Below are positions 11,561-24,684 of a DNA stretch of 64,000 nucleotides, one piece after another. Position 1 is the first letter of the stretch; every line of letters begins with the position of its first letter. A model generated the notes under the pieces. That model worked only from the letters and a program-made list of their open reading frames with translations, was not told where the DNA came from and made no database searches. Source of the stretch: Tubiluchus corallicola (lineage: Eukaryota; Animalia; Priapulida); contig JAQGDQ010001066.1 in NCBI GenBank assembly GCA_030141605.1, positions 1,837 through 65,836 of the forward strand. Direction: 5' to 3'. Made by a program: the position numbers and the translations under genes.

Positions 11561-11792
11561 CATGATCATAAGCATCAGGAAGAATGTCATCTTTCTTGTG
11601 CGGTTGAGGATGGTGCACCACGAGCGAGATAGGTGGCGCCACACTGACGATGCGATCGTCAAACAACTGTTTTTCTTCCTCCTTCTTTCTCCTGCACCAC
11701 AGACAGCCAAAAACAGACGCACATACTGAGAACATCACACAAACTAACGTCAAGACACCCAAGAAATGTCCGTCCTCCACAAGACCTTGCAT
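11561..11792 (-). CDS. Synaptotagmin-like TM-C2 protein, first coding exon (N-terminal TM, Cys cluster, basic stretch)
   Basis: MQGLVEDGHFLGVLTLVCVMFSVCASVFGCLWCRRKKEEEK...DAYDH G|gtaatt, phase 1; the frame is also open up to an acceptor near 11853, so the start is uncertain. Confidence 0.75.
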
Positions 11793-12199
11793 TAGAACAC
11801 CATTCGTGTCCCGACACACCAGTCGGACAGGATGGACCAGCTTGTCTCCTGCTGTATTTAAGTGTCAACAGAAATATTTGGGGACGAGTGACAGCTGCAT
11901 TTTTCTCACGTACTTTACTTTCGTTCACCAACGTTGTGCAGTGAACCAGCGAGAGAAAACACACATCAGGCAAACAAACAATTGCATATATAAGCAATAC
12001 GTATATACAGAGATTTTCTTTCTTAAAATGATTTAAAGTAAACTGGCCTCTCAAGCTCATTATATTGTAGATTGAATATTGAATATACAGTTCGCAAATA
12101 CTAAGCAAATATTCAATATATTGACTGTGTTGTGGTAAGACCGGGATCTAATTTATTATCAGCATAAATTCTCCGAAATTAGGCAGTGGATTTTATTGT

Positions 12200-12845
<646 letters not shown>

Positions 12846-12912
12846 GTCTTTGCATAATCTAGCTCCAGTTTTCTGCTTACAATTACTTAAACACTGGTTT
12901 GTTATTTTTCAG

Positions 12913-13060
12913 ATAAACGAACTGCTTGACATCGTCAACATCATCTTCACCGTTATCTTCACCATCGAGTTCATTCTCAAGTTCATTGGACTTCGTTTCC
13001 ACTATTTCAGAGTTCCATGGAACGTGTTCGACTTTGTTGTGGTGACGTTGTCATTGCTTG
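12913..13060 (+). CDS. Nav2: Nav2-like exon: DIV S2-S3
   Basis: tttcag|ATA...CTTG|gtaaca, phase 0/1; INELLDIVNIIFTVIFTIEFILKFIGLRFHYFRVPWNVFDFVVVTLSLL. Confidence 0.93.
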
Positions 13061-13849
13061 GTAACAAACTTTCATCTTTCGTTGTGATAAAAATCAATAA
13101 ATGAAAATAAAATAAAATAATTTTATGTGAAATTTCGACGTGGAATTAATTACTGAGTAAAGCTAAGTTTTTGACACCCAAATAGAAGGGCAGGAACTGT
13201 GAAAAATTGAGACTCTAGGATTTAAGTCAAAAGAACTTTTGATTACAAGTTTCACACTATAACTCCAATGACTCAAACTTCCTTCTGATCATGGCAGATC
13301 TTAATACAATCTTAAGAGATGCGATATCTCACAACAAAGCAACACTTATCAAAGTAGTTTTCCGACACTGAGTTAAATGCTAGCTAGCTTGGTAAACATT
13401 TTGTGATCAGTTGTCGTGTTTATTCCATTAATGGCAAATGGTGTTATCACTAGTAGCCTAAATTGATCATAGCCTAAAATAATTTGCAAAGAAAATACTA
13501 TTCTTATATTGCAATACCACGCTGCCCCATTGAGCCGTGTGACAGTGTGACATCATCGTCACGTCATATGTTTTTTACCCCTTAGCCGATCAACGAAAAA
13601 TTATTTCAAAATAGTAGTGATTAAATATTTTTTTGATTTGTTATGCTACAATGCTTTGATTTCGTTGAAAGGTATTATTCGTGCTTTTCTACACAGCACG
13701 GGTGCCAGATACTGCCTGATGTGGGGTGACTTATTTCCCACTTGGTCTTTTATGTAGGCAAAATTTTGGAATTTACTTTACAGTATTTTTCTTTCTGGCA
13801 GCAGTGTGTGCTTACTTTTAAAACAATACAGGATAACAAACATAACAGG

Positions 13850-13873
13850 AGAAAGAGAGAGGGATAGAAAATA

Positions 13874-13934
<61 letters not shown>

Positions 13935-14003
13935 AATAAAGAAAGAGAGAGGGGAGAGAGAGAAAGAGAAAGAAAGAGAGAGAGAAAGAGAGAGATGGGG
14001 GAA

Positions 14004-14067
<64 letters not shown>

Positions 14068-14315
14068 GAAGAGAGAGTGAGAGAGAGCGACAGAGACAGA
14101 GACAGAGACAGAGCGAGAGAGAGAGAGGAGGGAGAGAGAGAGGGAGAGAAGAGAGAGAGCGAGAGAGAGGAGGGAGAGAGATAGGGAGAGAAGAGAGAGA
14201 GAGGGGGGAAGACAGCGAGAGAGAGACGGAGCGAGAGAGAGGAGGGAGAGAGAGAGAGGTAGAGAAGAGAGAGAGAGAGGAAGACAGCGAGAGACAGAGA
14301 GAGAGAGAGAGGGAA

Positions 14316-14390
<75 letters not shown>
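13850..14390. repeat. Complex (GA)n/(GT)n microsatellite
   Basis: Direct reading. Confidence 0.95.
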
Positions 14391-14395
<5 letters not shown>

Positions 14396-14642
14396 CAGTA
14401 ATATATTAAAAAAACGACTACAATATACCACAAAATTTAAAACAGATTCTGATGACAAAGATATTTAATTTATGATGACTATAAGCAAATGCCGTTGTTA
14501 ATTGCATTTCTTACGGTTGTTATAACGAATTAATATTAATAATTAATAGTAATAAAGTGTAAATAATGCACTTTAAATACAAAAAGCTTAAACTAAACTA
14601 TTTGTACTGCCAAAATTAAACCGACTTCTTTTCCATTTACAG

Positions 14643-15772
14643 CATTGTTGTTGGATGACCTCATTCGCGAGTTTTTCGTGACTCCGACATTGCTACGCGT
14701 CATCCGAGTCTTCCGTATCGGCCGCGTCCTCCGCCTCATCAAGGCGGCAAAGGGGATCCGGAAACTGCTGTTCGCACTCGTCATATCCCTTCCGGCTTTG
14801 TTCAATATCGGTGCTCTGTTGTTTCTGATGATGTTCATCTACGCCATTATTGGCATGACGTCATTCGGCAACCTGCGTCTCACTGGTGCTCTGAACGAGG
14901 TGATCAACTTTCAAACGTTCAGCAACAGTATCCTGTTGCTGTTCAGACTCTGCACGTCTGCGGGCTGGAATGACATCTTGGAACCTTTGCTGTCACCCAG
15001 CGACTGTGACCCGGACTTCGTGGGTAAGCCTTCGACAGAGGTTGGAGGGTGTGGTTCGCCGTGGCTCGCAGTGCCTTTTCTTGTGTCGTATATCCTGGTG
15101 GCTTTTATGATTATAATCAACATGTACATTGCGATTATTTTGGAAAACTTTAATTTGGCGCATGCGCAAGAAGAAGTGGGCATCACCGAAGACGATATTG
15201 ATATGTTTTACGCGCACTGGGAAAAGTTTGACCCACACGCGACTCAGTTTATTTGTTTTGATGCCCTTTCTGATTTTGTGGCAGGGCTTGACCCGCCATT
15301 TTGCATACCAAAGCCAAATAGCATAGCTATAACTTCGTTCAACTTGCCGATAGTCGAAGGGGACAAACTTCACTGTTTGGACGTGGTACGTGCGTTAACC
15401 AAATATGTTATGAAAGACATAGAAGAAACTGCAGAATTTGATCTGCTTAATCAGAACATCGAAGAGAAATTCAAAGAGACGTTTCCGACGAGGAAAAAGA
15501 TTCACGTTGTGTCTTCGACATTGTCCCGCAAGCGAGAAGACGTTGCGGCCAAGGCGATACAGAGGGCGTGGCGAACGCATCAGTTGCACGTCAATACTCC
15601 TCCTTCTATTGCGTCGCTGGCGCTTGCGGTGACACCTAGCATGTTCCGTAAGAATGCCATGAGGAAGTTAGCACCCTTTAAGAAGGAAGCATCACCGTCG
15701 CCCAGTCAGAGGACGCCACGTGGAAGTCCGAGTGTTGGACGATCCGTGCATGTTCCAGTAACGGATGTGTGA
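14643..15772 (+). CDS. Nav2: Nav2-like terminal exon: DIV S4-S6, EF-hand-like region, IQ motif, C-tail
   Basis: ttacag|CA, phase 1; S4 RVIRVFRIGRVLRLIKAAKGIRK, filter LCTSAGW, S6 IINMYIAIILENF, WEKFDP, IQRAWR; stop TGA at 15772. Confidence 0.95.
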
Positions 15773-17047
15773 GCAACATCCAGAATTCTACGTTTCCATC
15801 TTTAGCTGTTGCAAACACCCTAGCAGCCATCTTGGTTGCAGATCGTGTTGTTGCGCCAACCGCATGGCTATGCCCTATTTTGACAAGCAGCCATATTGCT
15901 GCTTTGTAAGTGCACCCGCCCATGGCAGACATGTTTGCGTGACGCACACTTGTTGCGTCTCGGATCACCGTGGCAACTGTGCTGGTGGGATTGTTGCAGC
16001 CATGATGACTTTATGAATTCTTGTTTGCTGATATCCAAACGGCTCAGACTGCTAATTGCACCTGAGCCTTAAGACCTAAAATTAAACAAAAGAATTCAAC
16101 CAGTTTTTTGCAGTTGTAAGCATTCTCATAATATTTGGACATGAATCCAACAATAAAGTTGGTGTGCATTCTTTTTATTTTGGAGTTTTAGATTTCGTCG
16201 GTTGTAATTATGATTTTTATGAGTTGGCCGGATTGTTTTGCATGTTATCTGCTTTTCATAGATGTAGGGGCAGTAAAACGGCCCAAGAATGTAAAAAGGG
16301 ATGACTTTTTAAGTTGCTGCTATTCATAACAGGTCAGTAATACTTTAGATTTTTGTTAGCAAGCTTGTACGAATCGAGTTTTATGCTTTAAACTATCTAT
16401 GCGATTTGAAAGGACAACTGACTGTTTTTTTTCAGTTTCAATTTGAAATGATTAAATTTTGAAAAAAAAGGTATTTTTGTATTTCACTTTGCAGTGACGG
16501 CTGCTGAAAGGATTGGCCTGTTTTGGTTGAGTGAAATATGCATTGAATAAATTGTTAGTATAAGTTTAACTAATAATTTCATGTAGATCAAATTAACAGC
16601 AAAATAGACTTAAAAAGCGACTGAGCATCGTGGAAGTTTCTTTCTGAAAGTTGTCAATGGTGCATTGGGGCAAGAGGAAAAGAAAGAGAAGAGATGGGTG
16701 GGGTGAGGGAGGGAAGACAGTGAGAGTGAGTGAGTGAGAAAGAGAGAGCAAAAAGGGGGAAATCGGTTAGGGGGAGAGAGAGAGAGAAAGTGAGATTAAG
16801 AACGGAACACAGAGAGCTAGAGAGTGGATGGGAGAAAAGTGAGAGAGTGTAACTTAAAAGGAAAAGGAAAGAGAGCACGAGAAAGAGAACGATGTGAATA
16901 AACTGCGAGGTGAAAGCCAAAATAACAGACAAAAAATTACACACAGTCGCATGGAAATCCAGCAGATCAATGAAGCTAAATATTTTGCTTTTAACATTCT
17001 GAAACCATTCATGATTGCAAATTACGTTACATTAGTACTTGAATGAA

Positions 17048-17700
17048 AAATGATTGCAGAAGTCGTCTTCTTGTAAAAAGAATGATTGTACACGTCGTCT
17101 TTTTGTAAGAAGCATGATTGTACAGGTCGTCTTCTTGTAAGAACAATGATTGTACACGTCGTCTTCTTGTAAGAAGCATGATTGTACAGGTCGTCTTCTT
17201 GTAAGAACAATGATTGTACACGTCGTCTTCTTGTAAGAAGCATGATTGTACACGTCGTCTTCTTGTAAGAAGAATGATTGCACACGTCGTCTTCTTGTAA
17301 GAAGAATGGTTGTAGAAGTCGTCTTCTTGTAAGAAGAATGATTGTAGAAGTCCTCGAGTTGTAAGAAGAATGATTGTAGAAGTCCTCGACTTGTAAGAAG
17401 AATGATTGTAGAAGTCCTCGACTTGTAAGAAGAATGATTGTAGATGTCCTCTCTTATAAGAATGACTGTAGACGTCTTCGTCTTGTAACAATGATTGTAG
17501 AACTCTTCATTTTTTGTATGAAGAATGGTTGTAGATGTCTTCTTGTAAGAAGAATGATTGTAGAATTCTTAACCTTGTAAGAAGAAAGTTTGTTGATGTC
17601 TTCTTCTTGTAAGAATGATTTTAGAAGTCTTCATCTTGTAAGAAGGATGGTTGTACATGTCCTCTTGTCTGAAAAATGATTGTAAAAGGAGTTTTATCCT
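17048..17700. repeat. ~31-bp minisatellite, decaying rightwards
   Basis: Unit gaagaatgattgtagaagtcgtcttcttgtaa. Confidence 0.92.
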
Positions 17701-18937
17701 TGTATGAATAATGTGTAAAAATAAACAATTTTAAACAGTAAAGAGACGAATGGCATTTGCTGCTCCTGTAGCACCTTTAAATGATTCCATCCATAATTAC
17801 GAATTTGACCTCCATTTGAAATGTACTTAAAGTAATTACTGAAAAGGGTAGTATGACAATTCAAATGTATCAAATAACATCTTTAAAACTACAATATCGT
17901 CTAAAAGAAACCTTCCCCCAACAAGGCAAATTAACTTGTAGCTCTTCGTCAATTAAAGGTATTTGTAAAAGGAGCCCATCAACAACGTGTAACTCTTTTC
18001 AAAGAGTTAAAAATTTATTTCCCTTCAAGATCCTGTGAAGTGCCGCTAAGGTGCCTTTTCTAACTGGTGCTCCTCTAGAAACGGCAGTTGAAAAACTTCC
18101 CGAAGTGACCGATTAACCGGCCGCCAGGATGTGTTTTCTACAGGGTTTTCTGGCAATGAGCAAAATTTTTCAGCTTTTTCACCACCCGTTTCTAGGGGAA
18201 CACCAGTTAGAAGAGATGCCGTAGTGCTGCACGATGGGATCCTTGAGGAAAATTTATTTCCCTACGTGGTTGGCAAGTGACGATGGTCACCTTTGCAATG
18301 ACCCGGAAGAAAGGTCACGAATTAGTTTGCAGGAACGTTTGTTTAGGAACCCAGCTAGAATAGCCTTTGCAATTTGAGATTTCTGATATTATGCCGATGC
18401 CAAAACGTTCTTTATTAAAAAAATGAACAATATTATGGAGCTTGCCTGAAGTAACTGATGAACCTCGAGATATTTATTCATTAAACTATTTGGAATTTGA
18501 TAATTATCCAGTATTTTACTAACAAAAAGCAAGAGCTTTCAATGAAATTTATTTTTGAGGTAGGTCCCTGCTATTTTTCTATAAATTGGGTTAAATTTTG
18601 ATGTAAAAAGTAAGGTTAAAATTAAAAAAATCATTCAAAGCTTTAAAATGCTGTACAAGCAGCAAACGCTGTTCGTCTTATGATTTTTCTTGCTGTGGTA
18701 AATGATAAGATTAGAATTACGGCTTTGCGAAAATCCACTTGTCGTATTGGAAAAAAATTCGACCTCGAAACTTAAAATTTTGACCTCTTTTTGAAATTTT
18801 GTTTAGTTCAGAAGATGCCATTGTATTTGTTAGCTTTCACAGCTTTTCTAGGACATAGCTATAATTGTGAAACTGTTTCAAATAAATTTTGATGTTAAGT
18901 TATAGAGATTTCTGTCACTTTTTTACCTGCTTCGTAA

Positions 18938-19528
18938 CAGTGGCGGCTCGTAGCTAAAATTAGTGGGGGTGCTGCTTGAGAAAATTTTTAGCCATTATTT
19001 TAATACTGTGTAAAACATGGCAAAGATATGTAATTTAAACGTGATACTTATATTCATGTTTGAAGATCGGGTGTTTAACGGCCTCTTTTCTTAACTGGAA
19101 CTTTCTCATGGAGAAACAACTTTGAAAAATTAAGCTGTTGTAGTTCACTTACAGTAACAAAACTTATTTCTTTATGCAAGGCGTTCGTTATTAAATAATT
19201 TATGTTTTAAGCACACACGCTAAGTTTACATTTCATCTCATCCAAGAATATGACGGTACTGTTACTGGTCCAAAAATATGACATGGTAGACACAGAACTT
19301 TTCTATCTAGCTGCAGACGATACCGTACAGCGTGTTATCTAAGACATGCGCACAACAGCCAAACACCACGTTACTTAGGCTGTGAAGCAAACGGTACTTC
19401 CCTCACATGCTCAGGTTCTGCACAAGTATAAAAAAGAACTAAAGAAAAAGACATTATATTGATACTATCGATAATAATGATATGAAAACAGAGGGAGTAC
19501 CACAGTACCTACAGACGAGCTGCCACTG
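18938..19528. mobile_element. hAT-like MITE
   Basis: TIRs CAGTGGCGGCTCGT / ACGAGCTGCCACTG; 8-bp flanks cttcgtaa / cttcatag. Confidence 0.7.
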
Positions 19529-19879
19529 CTTCATAGTATATATCTGTTATGCGCCTCAGAAAGTTAACCGAGTTTCAGTCTGGTTAGCATGTTGCTGATC
19601 AGTTAATGCAAATTAATAACAGCCCTTAACACAGTAACTTCAATAAGTGCGTGTGCGTGTTATTAATTTGCATTAAGTGATCAGCAACATGCTAACCAGA
19701 CAGAATCTCGGTTAACTTTCTAAAGCACATAACAGATATGTACTATGAAGCAGTGGCAGCTCGTGTATAGGTGCTGTGGTACTCCCCCTGCTTTCACTCA
19801 TTATTATCGATAATATCAATATAATAAATCTTTTTTCCTTAGTTCTTTTTTATACTTTTGCAGAACCGGAGCACGTGAG
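19402..19879. repeat. Long inverted repeat (~220-bp arms, 38-bp spacer)
   Basis: 19402-19620 is the reverse complement of 19659-19879, with scattered mismatches. Confidence 0.92.
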
Positions 19880-20202
19880 CGTGTGCGTGAGCGGGTAAAA
19901 TAGCTAGCGCACAGCTTTCAAATCAAATGCAGCCCCAAAGACACATTAATTAGCAGGCCAAAACTGTTTTAAAAAAAAGCCACTTTAGTGTAGAATCCAC
20001 AGAAATTTGGAAATTTTTTCGTGAAAAGAGAACTTTCTAAGCTGGATAAATCATTAGAGAAAAAATATCTCTTGTTAAGGCAAATGTATAACGTTTCTGC
20101 TTGAGAGTACAATGAGTAGGCATTTGGGCCCAGATTCGTGTGTCTGTCATAACTTTATGCGTCATAACGTCAAAACATTGTCTTAAGACACCTCTAAGAC
20201 AT

Positions 20203-20466
20203 TCACAGCCACAGCCACAGTCACAGCCACAACCACAGCCACAGTCACAGCCACAGCCACTGTCACAGTAACAGCCACAGACACAGCTACAACCACAGCC
20301 ACAGTCACAGCCACACCCACGGCCACAGCCACAGCCACAGTCACAGTCACAGTCACAGCCACAGCCACTTGTACAGCAACAAAATTTCTTATTTTATGCA
20401 TGATATAATTTGTTCTTGAAGCGTGCAGACAGTACCAATAAGTGGTCTTTTTTGCAGTACTGTTGG
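20203..20466. repeat. Inverted duplicate of 23902-24178: (ACAGCC/ACAGTC)n plus ~100 bp unique sequence
   Basis: gtacagcaacaaaatttcttattttatg...ggtcttttttgcagtactgt is the reverse complement of 23902-23997. Confidence 0.9.
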
Positions 20467-20571
20467 TCTTGTAATTCATTACGTCATACTATTCATGTAG
20501 CCGTCTTTGGTGCACGTAGGTCCATCTCGCTAGTTGTAACTTCACTCCTAGTTGGAATTCATAAAAGTGTC

Positions 20572-20723
20572 TTAGAGGTCAGCTTCTTGAATTTGATCAA
20601 AACGTTGGTCTGAACGTGTTTCGTAGGCACCAATAATCTGCATATTGAAATTTTGATCAAACAGCTTGCAGAAGAAAGGTCCTGGTGGCACCTGCTCGGA
20701 CTCTCGAAAGGAGATACGTGGCT
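20572..20723 (-). CDS. Secreted pentraxin/LamG-domain protein, putative last exon
   Basis: Pyrimidine tract ctgttcttgctctttctaaag|AG, phase 1; EPRISFRESEQVPPGPFFCKLFDQNFNMQIIGAYETRSDQRFDQIQEADL*. Confidence 0.5.
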
Positions 20724-21917
20724 CTTTAGAAAGAGCAAGAACAGGGCTACAGGATGATGTGAGCTATATTTTAGTACATGTCCACCAAGAGGAGTGGCGA
20801 CGAGTTAATTAGATGTTCTATTTTTGGCAATTTTCGATTGGAAGCTGCTGACGCAAAGCCATTGTTCTGACGACATCCATTATACTCTGCTTATAACTTT
20901 AATTCAGTAAAAGCTGCTACTGGCTGCGTTGTAAATGAGGACTATGTAGGATGTTCGCATATTTTTGATTATGAGTGTATTTATATGCAAAATTTTTTGC
21001 AGTGCCTTTGCTAGTATTATATTATTATATGCAAGTAGAAACAGAGATGTGTGCATTACAATCAGATTTGCTATATCAGGTTTCCTCTCTTGCTGTTCGT
21101 TTGTACATTGTTTTATAGTATGTGCATGCCTTTGTGTGCACGTATCTTGGGTCCTCCAATAATTTGCTTTTTTGCAAGTAGTGCCTATATAAATTTCGTA
21201 AGTGACATTGCTTTTAAGCACGCTTTAACTAAAGGCATACCTTTTTGCCAATATAATAGTAATTAAATTCGTTAAATTATTCATATTATGCAATTCCTAA
21301 CAATTATTACCTAATTGTTAATTTTTTCCCATTTTTCTGCAATTTCCGATTTAAAATCCAACAGCAAATTTGAATTCATATTTTTGTTTGCTAAAAACAA
21401 GTTAACAAATACATAGATGTAATATAATTTAACATTTTCAAACACTTATAATTTGACATTGACATTTGTAGGTTGCAGAATAGATAAAATTGGTTTATAT
21501 TGTTTTCAATGCACCTGTTTGCGCAACCTGCGCATGCGTTACACTGCTTAGGCAGCCATTACCTATTGACTTCCGCAGGTGGAAGACGCATCCACATCCA
21601 CGTGCCACTCAGACGCCAGTTAAGAGAATATTTAAATTCAAATGTTTCATAGGCTAATGTATGCAATAATTTCTGAACCAATTATCATGCTTTTGGTTTC
21701 AACAATCACCTACATGGCAAAATGGGCAAACATAACACAATGAATTTGAGGTTTTTCTAAAAATTGCAAAAAATACAATTGTTGTTTTTTTCGTATCTTT
21801 ATTAATATAGGAAATCCTATACTGTAATGATACCTTTATTATAAAGACATAATATATGCCACCACATACTTTAAAATGTTAATACTTCCATGAGAAATTC
21901 GTTTCTTATTTAAATAA

Positions 21918-22560
21918 AAACTGCACAAAACAGTCTTAAATATTTCTTCCACGAAAACATTGTTAAATGAAAACCACATGAAACAGTCTTAAACCTCTTT
22001 CACGAGAACATTGCTAAATGAAAACTGCACAAAACTGTCTTAAATATTTCTTCCACGAAAACATTGTTATATGAAAACCACATGAAACAGTCTTAAACCT
22101 CTTTCATGAGAACATTGCTAAATGAAAACTGCACAAAACTGTCTTAAATATTTCTTCCACGAAAACATTGTTATATGAAAACCACATGAAACAGTCTTAA
22201 ACCTCTTTCACGAGAACATTGCTAAATGAAAACTGCACAAAACTGTCTTAAATATTTCTTCCACGAAAACATTGTTATATGAAAACCACATGAAACAGTC
22301 TTAAACCTCTTTCATGAGGAAATTATTAAATGAAACCACACAGATTAGTCTTAAATCTTTCTTTCGCGAAAACATTGTTATATGAAAACCACGCAGAACT
22401 GTCTTAAATATTTCTTTTGCCTGAACATTGTTAAATCAAAATAACACAAAACAGTCTTAAATATTTCTTTCACGAGAACATTGCTAAATGAAAACTGCAT
22501 AAAACAATCTTAAATCTTTCTTTCACGAGAACGTAGCTAAATTAAAACTGCACAAAACAG
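21918..22560. repeat. Minisatellite of alternating 53/51-bp subunits (~104-bp dimer)
   Basis: aaaactgcacaaaac..cattgttatatg alternates with aaaaccacatgaaac..cattgctaaatg. Confidence 0.92.
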
Positions 22561-22651
22561 ATATATTTCTTTTACATATATATTATACAACCTAACGATC
22601 TCCAAATTTTCATCTGTAATCAGTATCTATAATATGGATATTCCGTAGTAC

Positions 22652-22897
22652 CTGATGTAAGCTCATTTAGATGTTTCTCATTAACCGATGTTTTATCATG
22701 TATGTCCTTGACAGCTGCCGTGATGGCCTCCCATTCTCGCTTGGTCATTCTACGGAGACAATGGTTTTGTGTGTCGGTTCCTTGAAAGGGGCAAGTGCTG
22801 GGACTATAGAAAGACACATCACCAAATGTGGTTGTCTTATCACCTATCCAACTGATTAAGTCACCATTGATGGTATAACAGGTCTGAGCCATCTTGG
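22652..22897 (-). CDS. Pentraxin-domain protein exon: end of PTX domain plus helical extension
   Basis: ttttccag|CC ... TCAG|gtacta, phase 1/1; AKMAQTCYTINGDLISW..FGDVSFYSPSTCP matches the pentraxin C-terminal pattern. Confidence 0.78.
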
Positions 22898-23500
22898 CTG
22901 GAAAATACACAGTGCTTCGTTAATTAGAAAATTTATCAATGTTGACAATGCGAAAAAGTACTTGATTAGAAGACTGTTATCTAAATGATGAAGATGTTTC
23001 AAGAAATTTGCCAAATTGCAAGTAATTATAGCAAGTCAATTCATACAGGCACTCATTGTATCAGAAAAAAAACACTCTTATTAGAAACTTGTAAAATGTT
23101 AAAAAAACACTTTAAAAAAGGCTGTCGTCTCTTCATTTTAAGGCTGATTTTTACAACTATTGTGCGCACAATCTTCAGTTTCTGACCACGTCAGAAACAC
23201 CTTCAACTAGTCATTTTTATCATCTTTGCAAGCCTTGTAAGCAGCATTTTCATGGAAATTTAAATTTCACATTCTTTGCTTTTCTACTTTTCTGAGAGAA
23301 TCAACTTTTTCATAGCACTTCGTTATACTGCCACTCACTGAAAAGTGCCGTCTGGCAGCGGACCACCCCCCTGCCCTCCCTCCAGCTACATCACTGTTCC
23401 TTAGACTGGCTCGCTTTTCGCGTTTACAGTAGCAACACGCGAATTTATAGAAACTTGGAAGTTTGGATCGCCCATAAATGTTGTATTGTTCAACGCTTAC

Positions 23501-23653
23501 CAATCTGAACAGCAGGCAGAATTGAGGAAAATACCACAACATCCGAGACGTATCCGGTGTAATCAGAAAAATCCGGAAGAAATGCGGGACGTGCATCACC
23601 AATTTCAACCGTTAATTTTGTGTGAAAGTCGATTGGAACAAATCCAAAATTAT
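23501..23653 (-). CDS. Pentraxin-domain protein exon
   Basis: tttttag|AT ... ATTG|gtaagc, phase 1/1; LTVEIG..YTGYVSDVVVFSSILPAVQI (LamG/PTX GxxSDVxxxxxxL motif). Confidence 0.85.
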
Positions 23654-23795
23654 CTAAAAAGTAAAAAACCATTGAAACCTTTTATATAATATTTGATATT
23701 ATATAATCTCAAGTAGACTGTTTCCCTACATTACGGATACAAACAAATTATTTCTATGTAAGTGGAGGGTTTTCTTGTGCTTTATCGAATCTTAC

Positions 23796-23908
23796 CTTTA
23801 GAAACGCCGTCAAAATATAATTCCCAACCTCCTCCCATTCCTTCGTACGTGAGACAAAGGTGGTGCCAGTCACCATTTAATAGTTCTTCAAGAATTCCTC
23901 CTACAGTA
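23796..23908 (-). CDS. Pentraxin-domain protein exon carrying the signature motif
   Basis: ttttgcag|T ... AAAG|gtaaga, phase 2/1; LLNGDWHHLCLTYEGMGGGWELYFDGVSK. Confidence 0.88.
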
Positions 23909-23997
23909 CTGCAAAAAAGACCATTTATTGGTACTATCTGCACGCTTCAAGAACAAATTATATCATTCATAAAATAAGAAATTTTGTTGCTGTACAT

Positions 23998-24178
23998 GTG
24001 GCTGTGGCTCTGGTTCTGGCTGTGGCTGTGGCTGTGACTGTGGCTGTGGCTGTGACTGTGACTGTGGCTGTGACTGTGGCTGTGGCTGTAACTGTGACTG
24101 TAGCTGTGACTGTGGCTGTGAGTGTGACTGTGGCTGTAACTGTGGCTGTGACTGTGGCTGTTGCTGTGGCTGTGACTG
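23998..24178. repeat. (GTGGCT/GTGACT)n hexamer microsatellite
   Basis: Direct reading. Confidence 0.95.
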
Positions 24179-24317
24179 CAGTTGTTCTCAATCCCCCAAT
24201 AAAGATATGATATAAAGATATTAACTAACCCTGTAGATAGTGCGGCAGGACCAGAGTCTACCTATATTTCAAGTATATATATATATATATATATATATTT
24301 ATAGCATATATATATAT

Positions 24318-24684
24318 AGTGCGGCAAACTAGTACCATATACCTGTTATAGCATGTCACAAAATAAAATACACAAAAATTACACTGTACGGAGTTCATTA
24401 TCAGCACTAATAAAAACAGGGAACAAAATACACGTGCACAAAAAATAATTGTTAACTAACTCAGTAACAGCACTACACTCGAGGAGCACCTGTGTCAGAA
24501 ATCAAGGCTGTAGTGACCTCTTCACGCTTTTATACTGGCATTCCAGGTCAGCTGGCTTCTCACACCACGTGTAGGCCCAAACAAGACGTCTGGACCTACA
24601 AGAAAGGGGTGAGTCACTGCTGACGTGGAAGCAGGGCGTGTAGAGGGCCCTACACCTGACCCGACACCAGGTGCCTCCGTAACA
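24318..24684 (-). mobile_element. Solo-LTR-like element, copy 1
   Basis: Reverse complement of 38807-39173; starts TGTTAC and contains TATAAAA; TSD not clear. Confidence 0.6.

Noticed and set aside
15770-15805. Stop-codon readthrough of the channel
   Set aside because: The TGA-G context is not a leaky one, and another in-frame stop follows after 10 codons
17022-17491. Repetitive ORFs in the 31-bp minisatellite
   Set aside because: Unit length is not a consistent multiple of 3, frames shift, and there is no splice or domain support
20203-24178. One large transposon bounded by the inverted (ACAGCC)n arms
   Set aside because: The interior holds host pentraxin exons and one arm overlaps a splice acceptor; no TSD or transposase
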